A stretch of 64,000 bases of DNA from Ancylonema sp. Lineage: Eukaryota. The first letter of the stretch is position 1; each line of letters opens with the position of its first letter. The stretch covers positions 1 through 64,000 of the forward strand of contig JBFLGF010000041.1 in assembly GCA_050230475.1 (NCBI GenBank). Reading direction: 5' to 3'. Shown piece by piece: positions 13,651-27,300 of this stretch. The position numbers and the translations under genes are program-made. The notes under the pieces are model-generated. The model was not told where the DNA came from. It worked only from the letters and a program-made list of their open reading frames with translations, and searched no databases.

Positions 13651-14054
13651 CATTACGGTACACAAGAGCCCATTTTTGCATGCGGACTCGACGTAATTTC
13701 ATAATTCGGATCACGTTACCGCCCTTCCTTCTTCTCGTGACGCCTTACAACTTCAAAACACGGCTCGCCTTCGACTACAAAGGACGTTGTCCCAGAGGTC
13801 ACGGGCGCCATGGTTCATGGTTCATGCTCGCGGGTGCCATCCTCGTTATAACGATGGTTTCGTGGAGGCAAGTCGCAACACAAAATATATAGTGGAACGG
13901 GGAAACATTTTTTCATACTTGGGGTTTGATTTGAATAATGATTTGTTAACTTTTTTGGTTTTGGGTGCCTTTGTTGCGTGTGTTGCTAGATTTGAAGCCG
14001 CCTCATGTGCGGCGCGACATTCGCGACAATGTTTTTGGCAAACTATCAAAACTT

Positions 14055-14205
<151 letters not shown>

Positions 14206-14441
14206 CTACTTATGTGCAAGAAACACCCCCAGCATTTTATTGATACACGATGATTTTTTGATGTTTACACATGTTTGCATTGTGCTTGGTTTGTTCGGTC
14301 CATCGGAATACACTTTTCCGTGATTGTCGTGCCACATCCAGAAAACACATCGTATGTTGTGGACCACTTTGTGCCTAGAAGCCAACAGTACGACGACAAA
14401 GGGCTTCTTGCGAGTGGGGAGCTCGCCAATGTCGCGGACTA

Positions 14442-14657
14442 TATAGTTGGATCCCGGACACGCTTGTCCCGGACGTGTCCGGGATGTGTCCGGAGAATTT
14501 CGGACATGTCCGGAGTCAACAACGAAAAAGCGGTACCAGAAAATAATGGGCGTTTCTTGGTCTTTTTCCGTACCTTTTTTTTTTTTTTTTTTGGGGCAAG
14601 GGTGTCTGGGTCCGGGACGTGTCCAGGGATGCCCGTTGACGTCCGGGGCCAACTATG
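14442..14657. mobile_element. hAT-type MITE (catagttgg-type ends)
   Basis: Ends tatagttggatcccggac / gtccggggccaactatg, with gtccgg/ccggac subterminal repeats. The TSD is degenerate. Confidence 0.7.
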
Positions 14658-15877
14658 GTGAAATGAGATATATGGAAGTCCCCGTCGTTGGCAACCCTTC
14701 AAATTTGCGAGGTGATTGCACCTCGCTCCTATCCCACGGATTGAAGGCGGGGAAAAAACATTTCATCCCGGCTTATATGAGGGTGACAATTGGTTGTATA
14801 CTCGCCGAATGTATCGAGATAACGATTTCGTTAATACATGTGAATATTTCTTCCACAAATTCCCGGAACTTGGTTCGTAGAGGACTTGAGTTGCGTGGAG
14901 GGAGGGGGCGGGGTTAAGTAGATGATTATGAATGTAATAAGAGATCATAGCAATCAAATTAGCAAATGTCGATTGACAGATTAAGATCAGGGTAAGCTTA
15001 CCGATGCAAGATATGGGTAAAAGGCTAAGGGTGTGGGTTACCAAATGATTAAAAATCATTCAAGAAATCATTCAAGAAATCAATTTCGGCACGACATCTA
15101 TGAAAGAAAAGGTTGTGCGTTCGATTCAATATCCTAAGGATCCACTTATTTACATGCCTGCACATTGTGACACACATCTCGTGAGTATGTCGTTGGTCCA
15201 TAAAGCTTTACAAATGATATCCATGTCTATCTGGTGTTTCATTTGATAAACAAGACCGATTTCGTTCACGAGGTCCCTCCAATACGTGCATTTTGAACGA
15301 CATCAAAAGAATGTATGCAAGGCACCACAAGAAATTATCACAAACGGTATGACCTCAATGGAAGTGCATATGTTGGATGTCAATCAAAATACCGACTCAT
15401 TACCCACAACCACCACCCATTGCCTTCATTGCAACCCACACAAAAAATCACACACTCGCAAAAAAGTCGTATATATAATTTTCGAGGCGCGCCACAAAAG
15501 AAGGAAGAAGGAAGAAGACAAATGAATGAAGGTGAGGGGTCGGCATCACATGCCCAACGCACTCAAATCCTCTTTACTAGTGTCTATAACCTTGGCATCC
15601 GAATTTTCCCACTAGTGGTGGATACCTAGGTGTGCTTTTATGTACAAGAAGGCGCATCCTATGCCTCAAATATATTCAAAACCAACTCGGCTCCATCACC
15701 AAAATCATGCTGGCCTCATCCCAACCACACAGGGGGAAGGCCAGTCCTTTGTCCTACTATACACAAACCCACGCACGTACCGAATCCCTACAAATTTCTA
15801 AGAAAATCCACGTGCCGCTCCTATAATTGTCTTCCATGCATTTTGAGCCGATGCCTATGCCAAAGCCGCAGCCGAGC

Positions 15878-18800
15878 CTAGATTCCCTCCCCCCCTTCTT
15901 CTCCCAACCCCCCTCCTCCCTCTGCCCCCTTCCTCCGTTTGCTCTCCCTCTCCCCCTCGCTCCCATGGAACTGCGCCGCTGTACGTGCACGCAGCTCCTC
16001 AAGGCCCTCGCCCTCCTTGGCACGCTCCAGAACCTGCGCAGAAACCTCCATTAAACCGGGCCCCCGCGCTGATGACACCAGGTATCAAGCCCCCTTCCCG
16101 GAACCGTCCTCACCAGGTGTCTCCCGTACAGATGCGTGGCATGCAGCGCCTCAAACGCGTTCTGCGCCTCCTGACGCGTGAGGAACTCGATGAAAGCAAA
16201 CCCGCGGTGACTGCCGTCGAACTTCTTCGGCAGCCTCAAGCTCTTAATCTGAACCCGCATCAGGACCCAACCGCAATCGGCCATGAGCCCTAAGCCTTCA
16301 ACCCTGAGCCCTGAACTCTGAGCCCAGAGCCAGGAGCCATTCGTTTTTTAGCCGTGTTCCAACTAACCCCCCCCTCCCCACCTGCCCAAACGGGTTGAAG
16401 AGCTGCTGCAAATCCTTCCGCGTGGCTTCAAAAGCCTGCCCCAATAGCCCACCCACCAAAAAAAAAAAGGCTTGCTACATCTCCACCCAGACCCTTCCCT
16501 TCCCCCACCCCACCCCCCAGTCTCCCCCCCCCCCCCAGCTTACCACATTGCGCACAATCATTTTGGTGGAGCTTGCCTTGGGTCCCCCTGCCGCCTGTTT
16601 CCTGGATGTTGCCTCAGCGCCAGCTGGACGACTCCCGTGGCTGAGCTGGAGCACCAGGGCATGGCCTTCTAGCACAGAACCCTGGAGGAAAATGGGGACA
16701 CTAGAAAAAATAAGTTCCTGTTCCTCATATCCCCCTCCCCCTCCCCCCCCCCCTGCCCCTCCCCCTCCACCTGCAGCTGTTTGCAGGCTGCTTGGGCTGC
16801 TTCCCGGGTGTCCATTTCCACAAACCCGAAACCCGACGACAGCAGCTTGCCGTTCTTGGCGGGACGGGTTTTGATCTGACACCGTACAAAAACAACCCAA
16901 GAGGGGGATAGATAACACAGGGGTAAAACAAACCACCCTCGCCCCCCCCCCCCCTCCCCAAGCTTTCCAGCTATCTCCTGTCCCCTCCTCCCCCCCCACT
17001 GACCAGCACACTCCTGACCCTCCCCCCCGCCACGTTCTTCTTGAAATAGTCCTTGAGTAGTTTCTCCGTGGTGCTGAAGTTGAGGTTCTTCACGAAAATG
17101 GAGTGGGCCTGCCACGTCACCACACCCCCCCCCCCCCCTTACACACATATGAACTCCCCCCAGAATAGGAACGGACTCCCCCCCCCCCGTTTCCTGGCCA
17201 GCAGTCAGCTCCTACCTCCCCCTCCCCCTCCCCCTCCTCCTCCTTGGGCGCCAGCTCCTCCTCCACCTTCGCCTTTGCCAGGGGGTCTACCCCCTTGGCA
17301 GCCCCCGGGGGGGGGGGGGGCAGTTTTCGAGGGGGGCCCTCTTTCAACACCCCTTCGGGAGCCCACTCCAAGTAGAGGGGGGCGTGCCTGGGAAACCAAC
17401 CACCAACCCCCACCCATTCCCCATCCGCACATCTCACTCCCTTGAACCGATATTTGAGGGAAGTGCAGGAAAATAAAACGGGGGAGTGGATCGGAGTGCT
17501 GACTGGAATCGTTTGTAGGCCAGGCTCTTGAAGGCTCTTCGGGCATCCGCAGCGTCAAGAAACTCCACCTGGGGATGCAGAGATACAGTCTAACTTCAGT
17601 ACAGGCACACCCGCTATAAAGGCACCAGAAGTCAGCAAACGGAATTCATAGATCCTACAGAAACTACCGTCTAAGGAAACTCATGTACACTTACACTAAC
17701 TTCTACCCTCCATTAAGACACACGTTCTACCCAGGCACCAAAATAAGCCCGACCAAAAGTGTGCCTAAGGAGGTTTTGACTTGACCCCCCCCCCGTCCCC
17801 CCGTGTTCTGCCAGCTGTCCTTACCAGCGCCAACGTGGCCGTGGACGGCAGAACGACTCTCCCCAACCCCCCGAATTTGCCAAACATGGCAGAAATGTCC
17901 CCCTCGCTGGCGGTGGCCCCCAGGTTCTTCACCAGAACCACCCGGTCGCTCCTCTTCCTCCCCTCCTCCCCCGCCTTCTTCATGGCAAAAGACTCCAGGG
18001 CGACCACGTCCACCCCCAGTTCTGCCAGGCTCTGCTTGGTTTCTGCCACACTGCTGGTTTCTGCCAGGGCCATCCGCACCGCCAGGTCCCCGGCCTCGGG
18101 ATTCAGGAGCTCTCTCTTATCCACGCCGTACTTGGCAGCAGCATGATCTGCCACCTGTGGACACCATTATAAATAATTATTTTAATTATTATTTTAAGAA
18201 AAAAAATATAAAAAAAAGGCCACGCCCCTTCTACCCCACAACTTTCTCCCCCACCCGCTACCCCCCCATCTTACCGCATCACTCCTCATGAACAGGGTGC
18301 TCCAATCCTGCGTCGCCCCCCCCGCCTCCGCTGCCTTCCTCTGCGCCTCCCTCTCACTCTTATACGCGCTCTGGCCTGGACCGGACTTCAAATCCGCACT
18401 GCAGACCCGCATCCATTCACAAACCCTCCCGTTATAACCATCTCCCCCCTTATAACGGGAGCTGCCTAGGAAAGGTCCTCACGTGTCTCCTCTTGGTGGT
18501 GGTGGTCGGTGCGCTGGCAGTATGTGCAGCAGGCGGCCCTGGAAGCTGCTGCGGTCCAAAGACTCCATCGCTCTGGGGGGGGGGAGGAGGAGGGGGGCAA
18601 CATGAGGGCAGGGGGGGATGTGTGTACGGTTGTTGCTATTCAACACTTTCTTTTTTGGGATGTTTGTGGGGTTGCATCACCTGACTGCATCCTCTGGCAG
18701 CATGAAGAGCACGAATGCGTATCCCAGCGGGGTTTTGGTGTCGCGGTTCAGCACCAGGTGCACATCGGAAAGTTCCCCGAAGGCCCCAAAAAGAGCACGC

Positions 18801-20635
18801 AAGTCATCCTCGCTGCCACCGACAGAAAGGAAACAAAAAAAAAAACAAAAAAAAAAAAACAAACAAACAAACAAAGAATCAGACAAACAAAGGAGGAAGT
18901 TAGAAAGAAAGAATGTTGATAAAAGTTGATAACAGTTGAGGGGATACATAAGTGGAGAGGGTAGGCTGAAGTTTCCACCTCCGAAATGCTTTTTCCATCT
19001 GAAGCAGCACCCCATTGGTTCCCCCCATTTCACCTAGCAGTGAACGCCAGATTCCGCACAAACAGTCGCCCGGTTTCTGCCACGCTTTCCTGCTGCTCCC
19101 CATCCACCTCCCGAGGCCCACCCTCCTCCCCAACCACTTTCGCAGGGGGAGGCAGAGGGGGGGGAGGAGGAAGGTCTCCTTCAAACCCCTCCCCTCTTCT
19201 CTCTCCCTCACCTCCCTCTGCACCCTCTTCCTTCTCGTCCTCCTCCTCCTCCTCCTCCTCCTCCTCCACTTCATCGAACGATTTCTTAACTTTGCTCTTC
19301 AAATATTCAAGATCTGACACCCCCTCCTCCACCTGCCCCTCTCCTTCCTCCTCCTCCTCCTCCTCCTCCTCCTCCTCCTCCTCCATGGCCACATCCAAGT
19401 CCTCATACTCATCATCGCTCTCTGCAACTCCCCCCTCTTCCACATTTCCCTCCCCCTCCCCCTCCCTACCCCCCTCCCCCTCCCCTGCCTCCTCCCTCCC
19501 CCCTGCCTCCTCCCTCCCCCCTACAGGCACTGCTCCAGGCACTGCCCTCGCCCCCTTCGACCCAAGAATCCCTGCTGCAATGTCATTGGACCACACTTTC
19601 CTCTTGTGCGCCGGCAACATGGCTTCCAAAAACTCTGCCAGGAGCGGATCGTTCTTCTCCTGGTCCACCTCGGGCTTCGGATTCTTCACACCCTGGCCCG
19701 CCTTCCTCTCATTGGGTTTGGGGTTCAGAACTTGTTCTGCCTCCACCTTCTTCTGGAAAGCGGAACTCCCTTCTGAGTACCGACTCCAAGGGCGGGCTAT
19801 GGCAGCGTCCCCGACCTTGAATGCCACCTGGCAGCCACGTGGCGAAACCCAGTTAGTCGCGGATCTGGCAGCAAGGCAAACCTGGATAAGGTCCGCGGGA
19901 TACCTGACAGCTGAGTTGGCAGGTGCGCAAGTAAGAGCGGTTGAAGTACTTGATGGCAGCTTCTGCCTCCTCTTCAGTCCGGTATCCGACGAATCCAAAC
20001 TGCCGAGACTTCGTCCTATCACTGCATCCGGTCAACGGTCAACGTGTCAGCATATCAAAGTCTGTGTGGGAGGGTCTGAGCATTAAGCCATCGTGCACCA
20101 GGCATGTAGGCGTGAAGGCCTGCAGCCCCAAGAACGGGCTAGTGGCTGGGGGCTTGTGCTGGGGCTGGGAGTTGGGGGCTGGGGGCTGGGGGTGGGCTCC
20201 CCAAAGGAGTTGTGGACCATATTTTATAAACACCATATGGATGTAGTAATCCATTTTTGCGTGGATCACGACTGAGTCACAGTATTTCAGCACAGTTCCC
20301 TACCTTCCCACACAACCTTCCGGCAAATGATACGAAAAAGGAAATCGACGCAATTCCACTGATTGCTTACCTGGTGAGGATAATTTTAGCGTCCGTGACT
20401 TCGCCCTTGGAGGAAAAATGTTCTTTCAGTTCCTCCTCTGTAAGATACTTCGGAATATTTCTGACATAATCTCGCGACCTGCAGAGAGACAGGAAACACG
20501 ATAACTGGAAGGCCCCTGGATCTATTTTATGAAATCTCCTCCATACATTTGCCAAATTTAGAAGAGACTCAGGGGCTGCTTCTAAACAAAGATGTTAGAA
20601 TTTTCCTCAAGGAAATCTGCCACCCTCACTCACAT
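15878..20635 (-). CDS. RBM19: multiple-RRM pre-rRNA processing protein MRD1/RBM19
   Basis: Five RRMs: [11 protein letters not shown]...[34 protein letters not shown]...GFGFVE and KMIVRNV...HRGFAFIEF...THLYGRHL. It also has the AVRMALAET and PLYLEWAP signatures. The start codon is split AT|G by intron 1. Confidence 0.93.
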
Positions 20636-20998
20636 CGTCCGAACGCAGATATACGCGGTTTTAAAGGATCAAAAAATAACAGTTCTGCTCGCAGCTGCTG
20701 GCGCTGTTGATCAACTTACGACCGCCATTCGAGCAGGCTGAATTTGTCAGAGTACACAACAGATACACTTCACTCTTCTGTGCTCCACATACCCCGCGCT
20801 TCAGTCAACTCAAGCCACGGTGCACCAGTTGTCGGCGATTACCCCCGGCCGCCGTATGCTAGAGGACTTGTAAAAAGATTTAGCATCAGCCGACATTTCT
20901 TTGACGGGACTCGCCGCATCATGCGCCACCTTTTCCGCCAATTTGGAACCGCCGTCTGAAGACTTCTGCGAAGTTACCTGAGAAGCCATGAATAAATG

Positions 20999-21213
20999 AG
21001 CCAACTCCCGTTTGGCTTTGGAGGCGGGGGCTTGTTGCAACCCTGTTCCCGCGGGGGGCTACCGATGCCCAGGCAGCCCCCCATTCATTCCCAGCCCCAC
21101 CTATGCGGTTAACTAGCCCGGTTCCGTTATGGAACCTGATCTGTTTCAGGTTCTCCCCATAGGCGGCATCGCCCCGCAAACAGCTGGTCAGGGTTGGATT
21201 GGGTTGGATTTTT
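20999..21213. other. unidentified highly base-paired GC-rich element (possible ncRNA or MITE relic)
   Basis: Multiple nested complementary segments (detailed in findings), ending in a T5 run. No known RNA family was recognised. Confidence 0.35.
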
Positions 21214-22585
21214 AGGCCCCAAAACTGTCGGCAATTATTTGTAGGTTGAAAATAGAATGAGGGATAGCCCTTAATAATAAAGTAATTCCTTGCCCCCCCC
21301 CCCCTTTTTTATTGTGAATTGTGATTTTTTTTGAGGGCCCAATAAATTATGGCCTGATAATGGTGTTCTAATATTTTTTTGGGAATTTTTTCGGAGGTGT
21401 GTTGTGTTAGGCTAACTCAAAACTATCAATAATTAATAGTTCGTGGTTGAATTGTTGATCTTCCGTCAAGACTCCCTACCTCGGGCAACCCTTTCCCGTA
21501 TTTTGCCCAAGGGGGGAATAGTATCCGTTCGACAAAGTACCATATTCTTGTTTCAAAGCTGTAAAATAACTTAATTTCATGGCCTATACCACGAGCACTT
21601 GTAGTTTGATCCAACGCCGATTCGGTAAGACGTTCAAGTTACACTTTGGAGTGAAACTCTACATCACTAGAAAGTGTTGTGTAAAGACAAAGTCACCTGA
21701 GTTTTTGTTTCATGGTAGATGTAGAAGTGTCGAGTTGGTATAAACGAACCAACGTTTTGCGGCACGCAAATGTGGACGAGCATAAATTATCGAGCACGCA
21801 TAATTTTTCCCATCTTTTCGCCTTCTAGCCCTAATTGACGAAATGTGCCCCAAATCATGCCATGACCGAGTTATTATGTGATTCATAGTTACCTAAAGCG
21901 TGTCTAGCCATCCGGCGAGCCCCGCTTCGAACTAGGGTTCGTCCTTTTAAACATATTAAAGACCAGCGTTTGATTCATTTGAAATATTCTCTTTCGCTTA
22001 GTCTTCATGTTGAATTGTCGTGATTGTATTGCACTTGTCTTTAGCATGAAGATGATTGAATATGGCCAGTATGGAACGCTGACACCTTTCTTGCTCCTCC
22101 AAATAATTTGATATCTAGTAAGCTAGTATTGCACACAAGTGTGATCGTTTACATATATAAATTGGTGCGATACGCACATATACGATACGCACAATACGCT
22201 AAGTCAGCATACGCTAAATACGCGTATTGTGCTCCCAACATATTGATACGCTAAAATACGCTTAAAAATACGCTAAATTTCGAACTTGTTTTGATTTTCG
22301 GTATGATATTGCATGTACGAAAGTTTTGACGGAGGCAGACATCATTGCGAGGTCCACGTCGTTTGAAAGTGAAATAGTGAAAGTGAAATTTATTCGATAC
22401 TGCATCGCACAAATAAAATCATATACATGTTGGCTAGTAAATGGCATCCGACCGTCCAAGTTTAAGATGGGATTCTCGCGGGAGAGATGGGACGTGTTAC
22501 TCCATCGCTAGGCCTTGCCATATATCCTATAACCAGCCTCAACTTGCTCATGTAAGCGGAATTGGTGTGTGTACGGTTTCATCCA

Positions 22586-23735
22586 TGTCATGACGCTAGA
22601 GATTGCTAAGGCTAAACCCTTCTAGATTGAACATAAACCCTTCTAGATTAATATTGTGCTATAACGAGAGTATTCGATATAACGATTTTCTAGAATTATT
22701 ACTTTATCAGAAAAATACTGAAGTACGAAATTTGTACGACTTGAAAATAACGCGTGGCGTATTTTCCAAAGTCTAGAATCCAGTAGTCTTCAACAAATAG
22801 CTGCGAGTCGATTTTTGTTAAAATTACAAGTCTCTTTCGAGTTGTCGATAATTCCGGCGATTAAATCCAGCCGTAGAACTAGAGTAATATCTCGCGCCGT
22901 TTTTCATCGGAGCGCCGAGATGAATTGTAATGTTCTAGAAAGCCAGCCTGTCGCTATCTTCGACAATTTAACTCTAGTTAACTATGCCGGTTAGCACCGC
23001 GCAACAACTTTATAAAAGTAAAATCGTACTTTCAGATCTGCCAGCTTCCGCTGTCAGATTGCGCTGTTAAGAAATCTCTTCCAAACAATCTTTTGTGTTA
23101 TCTGAATCCTTTGCAATTCTGTAAATATTGCATCCCTTCGCTTACGCGACTTCGCAACGTGCTCGTCTTCCGACTCAGCTTGACATCCGCCAGCCAGCCG
23201 GTAAGATTGCAAATCATTTTTTGCAATGTGTGTGTGTGTATTTGATCTGATTCATATGAATCTGTTGCTGACGCTCTTCCTAGGCCAGCTTGTTCATCGA
23301 CTGTAATTTCTTACATCGATTCGTTGACGCTCTCTTTGAGCCAGCAAGCGTATGTGTGTGTTTAACATCTGTCGATTTTCCTGCGTTCTCTCCCAATCTC
23401 GCTCCGAACTGGCAATTTCAGTTGTGTGTGTGTGTTTGTTGTCGCTCGCTCCGAGCCAGCATTTGTTGTTTACACCTGTGTGCTGACGCTCTTTCTGAGT
23501 CCGCATCTTTTATCGACGCGCCGTCGATACTTTGCTTTCGCACCGAAAGTAACTCTTACGGTTGTTAACCTTGATAGTCTGCTCCATACTATCTTGTTTG
23601 CTTTCTAGTATTTTCACAAACTTTTGTACTATAAACCATCTGTTAGCTCAAGTAGTTAATTTCACCAGACCGCTGAGACGTGTGATAGATATAATATTGA
23701 TATCTCAGCAGAGACTCAACTACAATACTACTTCA
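22586..23735 (+). repeat. split direct repeat A1
   Basis: Runs tgtcatgacgctagaga...caatactacttca and is colinear with 30028-31186. Confidence 0.95.
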
Positions 23736-24389
23736 ATCCGACCGCGGAAGACCTTGAATTATCAACAATTTAAAGTCAGAAAAGGTAAATTGCCTAAGAA
23801 AAAAAAAAAAAAAAAAAAAAAAAAAAGACAACTTTTCTTCTACTATTTTGTATTCGATGTGCTCGCAAGAGTAGTGCATGCAGTGGTCACGAGATAGTAG
23901 AGGGAGATTAACCAAACTCGTGATAACAAAATCTGCTGAAATTGTCGATCGACCAGCTGCACCAGCTGTCGACAATAACTGTCCACGATCATCGGACATT
24001 GATATAATTAATATCGAATCACCAGCTGCACCAGTTGTTGATAACTATATTCATACTGATATTGACAATTCAGCTGCACTAGCTGTCAATATTTCGGCAT
24101 TCCATTTGCCAACCACTCTTCTCGATAACGATTCTACAACCCAAGTAGAATTAAAAATTGAACCCAACAAATTGACACGTTCTACATCTGAACCATAACA
24201 TTCTTTGGAACGCCTACCTACAGGCTCTATTAACTTGAAACCTGTTCTGATTATTGACACAGACGACCACATCGTCGATACCACAGCACCTGTGGCTGGA
24301 CCATCGACCACTGTTCCCACTACAACGCCACCAACGCTGCAACAACATCCATTTATCGACACAAGATAAAAGGTGGGACAGACTCTACC

Positions 24390-27300
24390 ATGGCAAACCC
24401 AACGCCATTACTAACATATACTGGAGAAATTGGTGTCAAACAAGACGAGTTCATCGATAGTTTGAGACAGTTAGACCGAACTCAACAACGCGCACAACGT
24501 ATGGGGCATGTTACAGTGGGACTTCAAGTACTTGCAGCGGGTCAGTATATGAAAGGAGAAGCTCATCGAGAATGGCAACAGTTTGTACGTGACAACCGTG
24601 GTACTACTACTACGGAAGATATTCTAGATATGTACCGTGAACATAATTCCAATGTCGCATATTATCGTCTGCAAGGTAACAGGATGGACAACATGCACCG
24701 ATCAAACCCACATTATCGGCAGCAGAACCAACAAAACTGGAACTGTTCATCACTACCATTTAAAACCGTTTATAGAACTTCAGCTGCAGAATATGTCACT
24801 CAGATTGAAACATTCTTAGCACGACACAATGTCAGCGTGGCAACGACATTTGCACGTTTTAACGAACCCGCGACAATTGTTAAAGAGGCATGAGCCATGA
24901 CAGAAGAACAATTGGCTAGGAGGTATCTACCACATATTCCTCTACCACTACAACCCTATATCGACGACTGGCATTTTCGTGAAATCAGAGGAAAGTTATT
25001 AAAGAATCCACCGGATCTCCTATCACATGGAAGGAGATTATCGAGAAAGCCAACAAGGCCGAATTACTACGTATGAAACAAACGTGAGAACCGCGCAGCT
25101 GGGATCACAGATCTCCTAAACTACCTTCATATACTCCATCTACTCCATACAATGCTCCTAAACCAACAGGCGTATTGATACCACGACAGGATAACAACAT
25201 GGAATGCTACAACTGTCATCAGACCGGACACCTTTCGCGTGACTGTCCTGCACCAAGGAAACAAAACAACTTCCAGTCATCAGGTTACCAGTCTGAATAA
25301 AAAATCCAAAACCCAACCAATCCTCAGGATCACAGTTTAAGGGAGGTGCGTACGGTACTGAAAACAGACAAACTTTCAAACCACGACTTCGCCAGTTTGA
25401 TGCAAAATAGTACACCGCTGATGCATTCTGTGAATACTGCAAAGGGAAACACCACACCCGAGACCAATGTCAAAAACTTGCCAAGGCACAAAACTTACTA
25501 ACTCTCAGTACACCACCCAGTGCAAATACTCAACCCACACAAACCGGGTGGAAGACTCTTGAGACGCAGACAAGTTACTTGGCTATGCAAGTAGACGACT
25601 TGGCACGCCAACGCGAATTCGAAAACATGTCGCACCAGACAACGGACTCTGAGGTAATATTGACCATACCATTCCGTGTCAATACCTATTGTCCACCAGA
25701 CGTTCACCACGGCTGCAAAAGAGAAGAAGAAACAAGCGGAATCCATAGACAAACTACATTTCATGTTCCTGTGGTCACTCTCAGCTCTGATGCAGCCTCA
25801 CCATCTGAATCCACCACAGATTATCACACTCCAACTATTGATACACCTGTGGCTGAAACGCAAGCACCACTCTTGCCTGAAACTACACCAATTCATTATC
25901 AATCTGATCCTGAACCAAGTAGTTCTACCACTCCATACCCGGAGCCCCATCCAGAGACATTGCTTGAACAACGAACAAGAGAGGGGGAGGATTACGGTCG
26001 CAGATAAGGATACAATACAAAGATGCCAGACTCATTTGTACCTGGTTTTCCTAACATCTTGGAAGCTAACACTAAAAACATGACCCAGTTCCATGATACT
26101 GCTGCTCCTCCACCCATGCCTCTACCACAATCACAAGCTCTTCATGACATGTTTCATGACCATGTCAATGTTTTAAGTGCACAAGTGCAGATCGCGGAAA
26201 AGGCACGAGACAACGCAGCTGCACTTGTCAACTCCATGCAAGAACCTGCAGCCCAATATACCATTGGTCAAGATTTCACCACTTCCTCACCACGCAACTC
26301 TCAGAACACCAAATATGGTATTGCACTCCTTCGCAACAACCGTGGGGTGTTAACAATCATGAATGAGAAACCAAACAAGGTGGTAGTTGACAGAGGTGCC
26401 ATCAAAACCATGATTGGCAGCATCATGGCATCCAAACTTGGAATCACACCAAACATGTTGAAACCTGGGACACCATACATCACCGCATATGGTGCTCAAG
26501 AAATCAGTCTCGGTTCAACCAAGGAAAAATTTCCGATTACCATTGACAGAGGTACACCCAATCCAACCACCATTTATATGGAACTCCACATGTCTCCATC
26601 GAGAGAATTTGACGTCTTACTAGGCAATGAAATTCTTGGACCAATTGGTGGATACTTTGACCCTTGGCAACATCTATTCTTTTATAGGGCAGATTGGGAA
26701 AGGGGTGGGTTATGCCTAGCATCATTACCACTCGCAGTCCGACATCAATCCAACAAACTAGAAGTGTATATGAGAGACAGTGTTTCACCATCTCTGACCC
26801 TCACACCTGAGGATCGTGCTGCAGCTCTCCAACAGAGGGAGAAGAAGGCCAAAGCATAACAATTTGCCAGAGACAGTGAATCTGCACGTGTCAGCCCACG
26901 CCGTTCCATTCAATTCGGCTCCTAACCAAAGGAGGCCGTCTTGCCTACCCTACCACCGGTCAAAGTGGCGGCAGGTGATTATGAGGATAACTATCCCCCT
27001 ACACCTGGCTCCAAATGCATTGACCCTCCACCTGAGTTTACAACGGAGAGTGTGGAATTACAAGCAACTGAGGATACACCTCACCAATTAGTAGCACGCA
27101 ACCGACTGTATGCTGAAATCGAGGACAAAATCAAGCGCAAGTGTATTCCTGCAGCACTAGAACAAGCAAAGTTTATAGATTTCAACCAACCCATCTCATC
27201 TCGCAACAGTGTGTGTCAGACATTCTTACGCGCTGCTGGATTTGAAGAGACTCCTACTCCTATGGAATTAGATACATCAACAATTCCATCCTTAGACATT

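Noticed and set aside
19829..19905. RBM19 intron starting GTATCCCG as a U12 intron
   Set aside because: It lacks the TT of GTATCCTT and has a U2-type GACTAAC branch rather than TCCTTAAC.
18986..20086. 366-aa plus-strand ORF, and similar long antisense ORFs over PARP1, LTA4H and GH31
   Set aside because: Low-complexity shadows of GC-rich minus-strand exons.
21125..21165. TPP riboswitch or U3 snoRNA resemblance (gaacctgatctg)
   Set aside because: The CUGAGA motif and U3 boxes are absent; the match is only a few bases.
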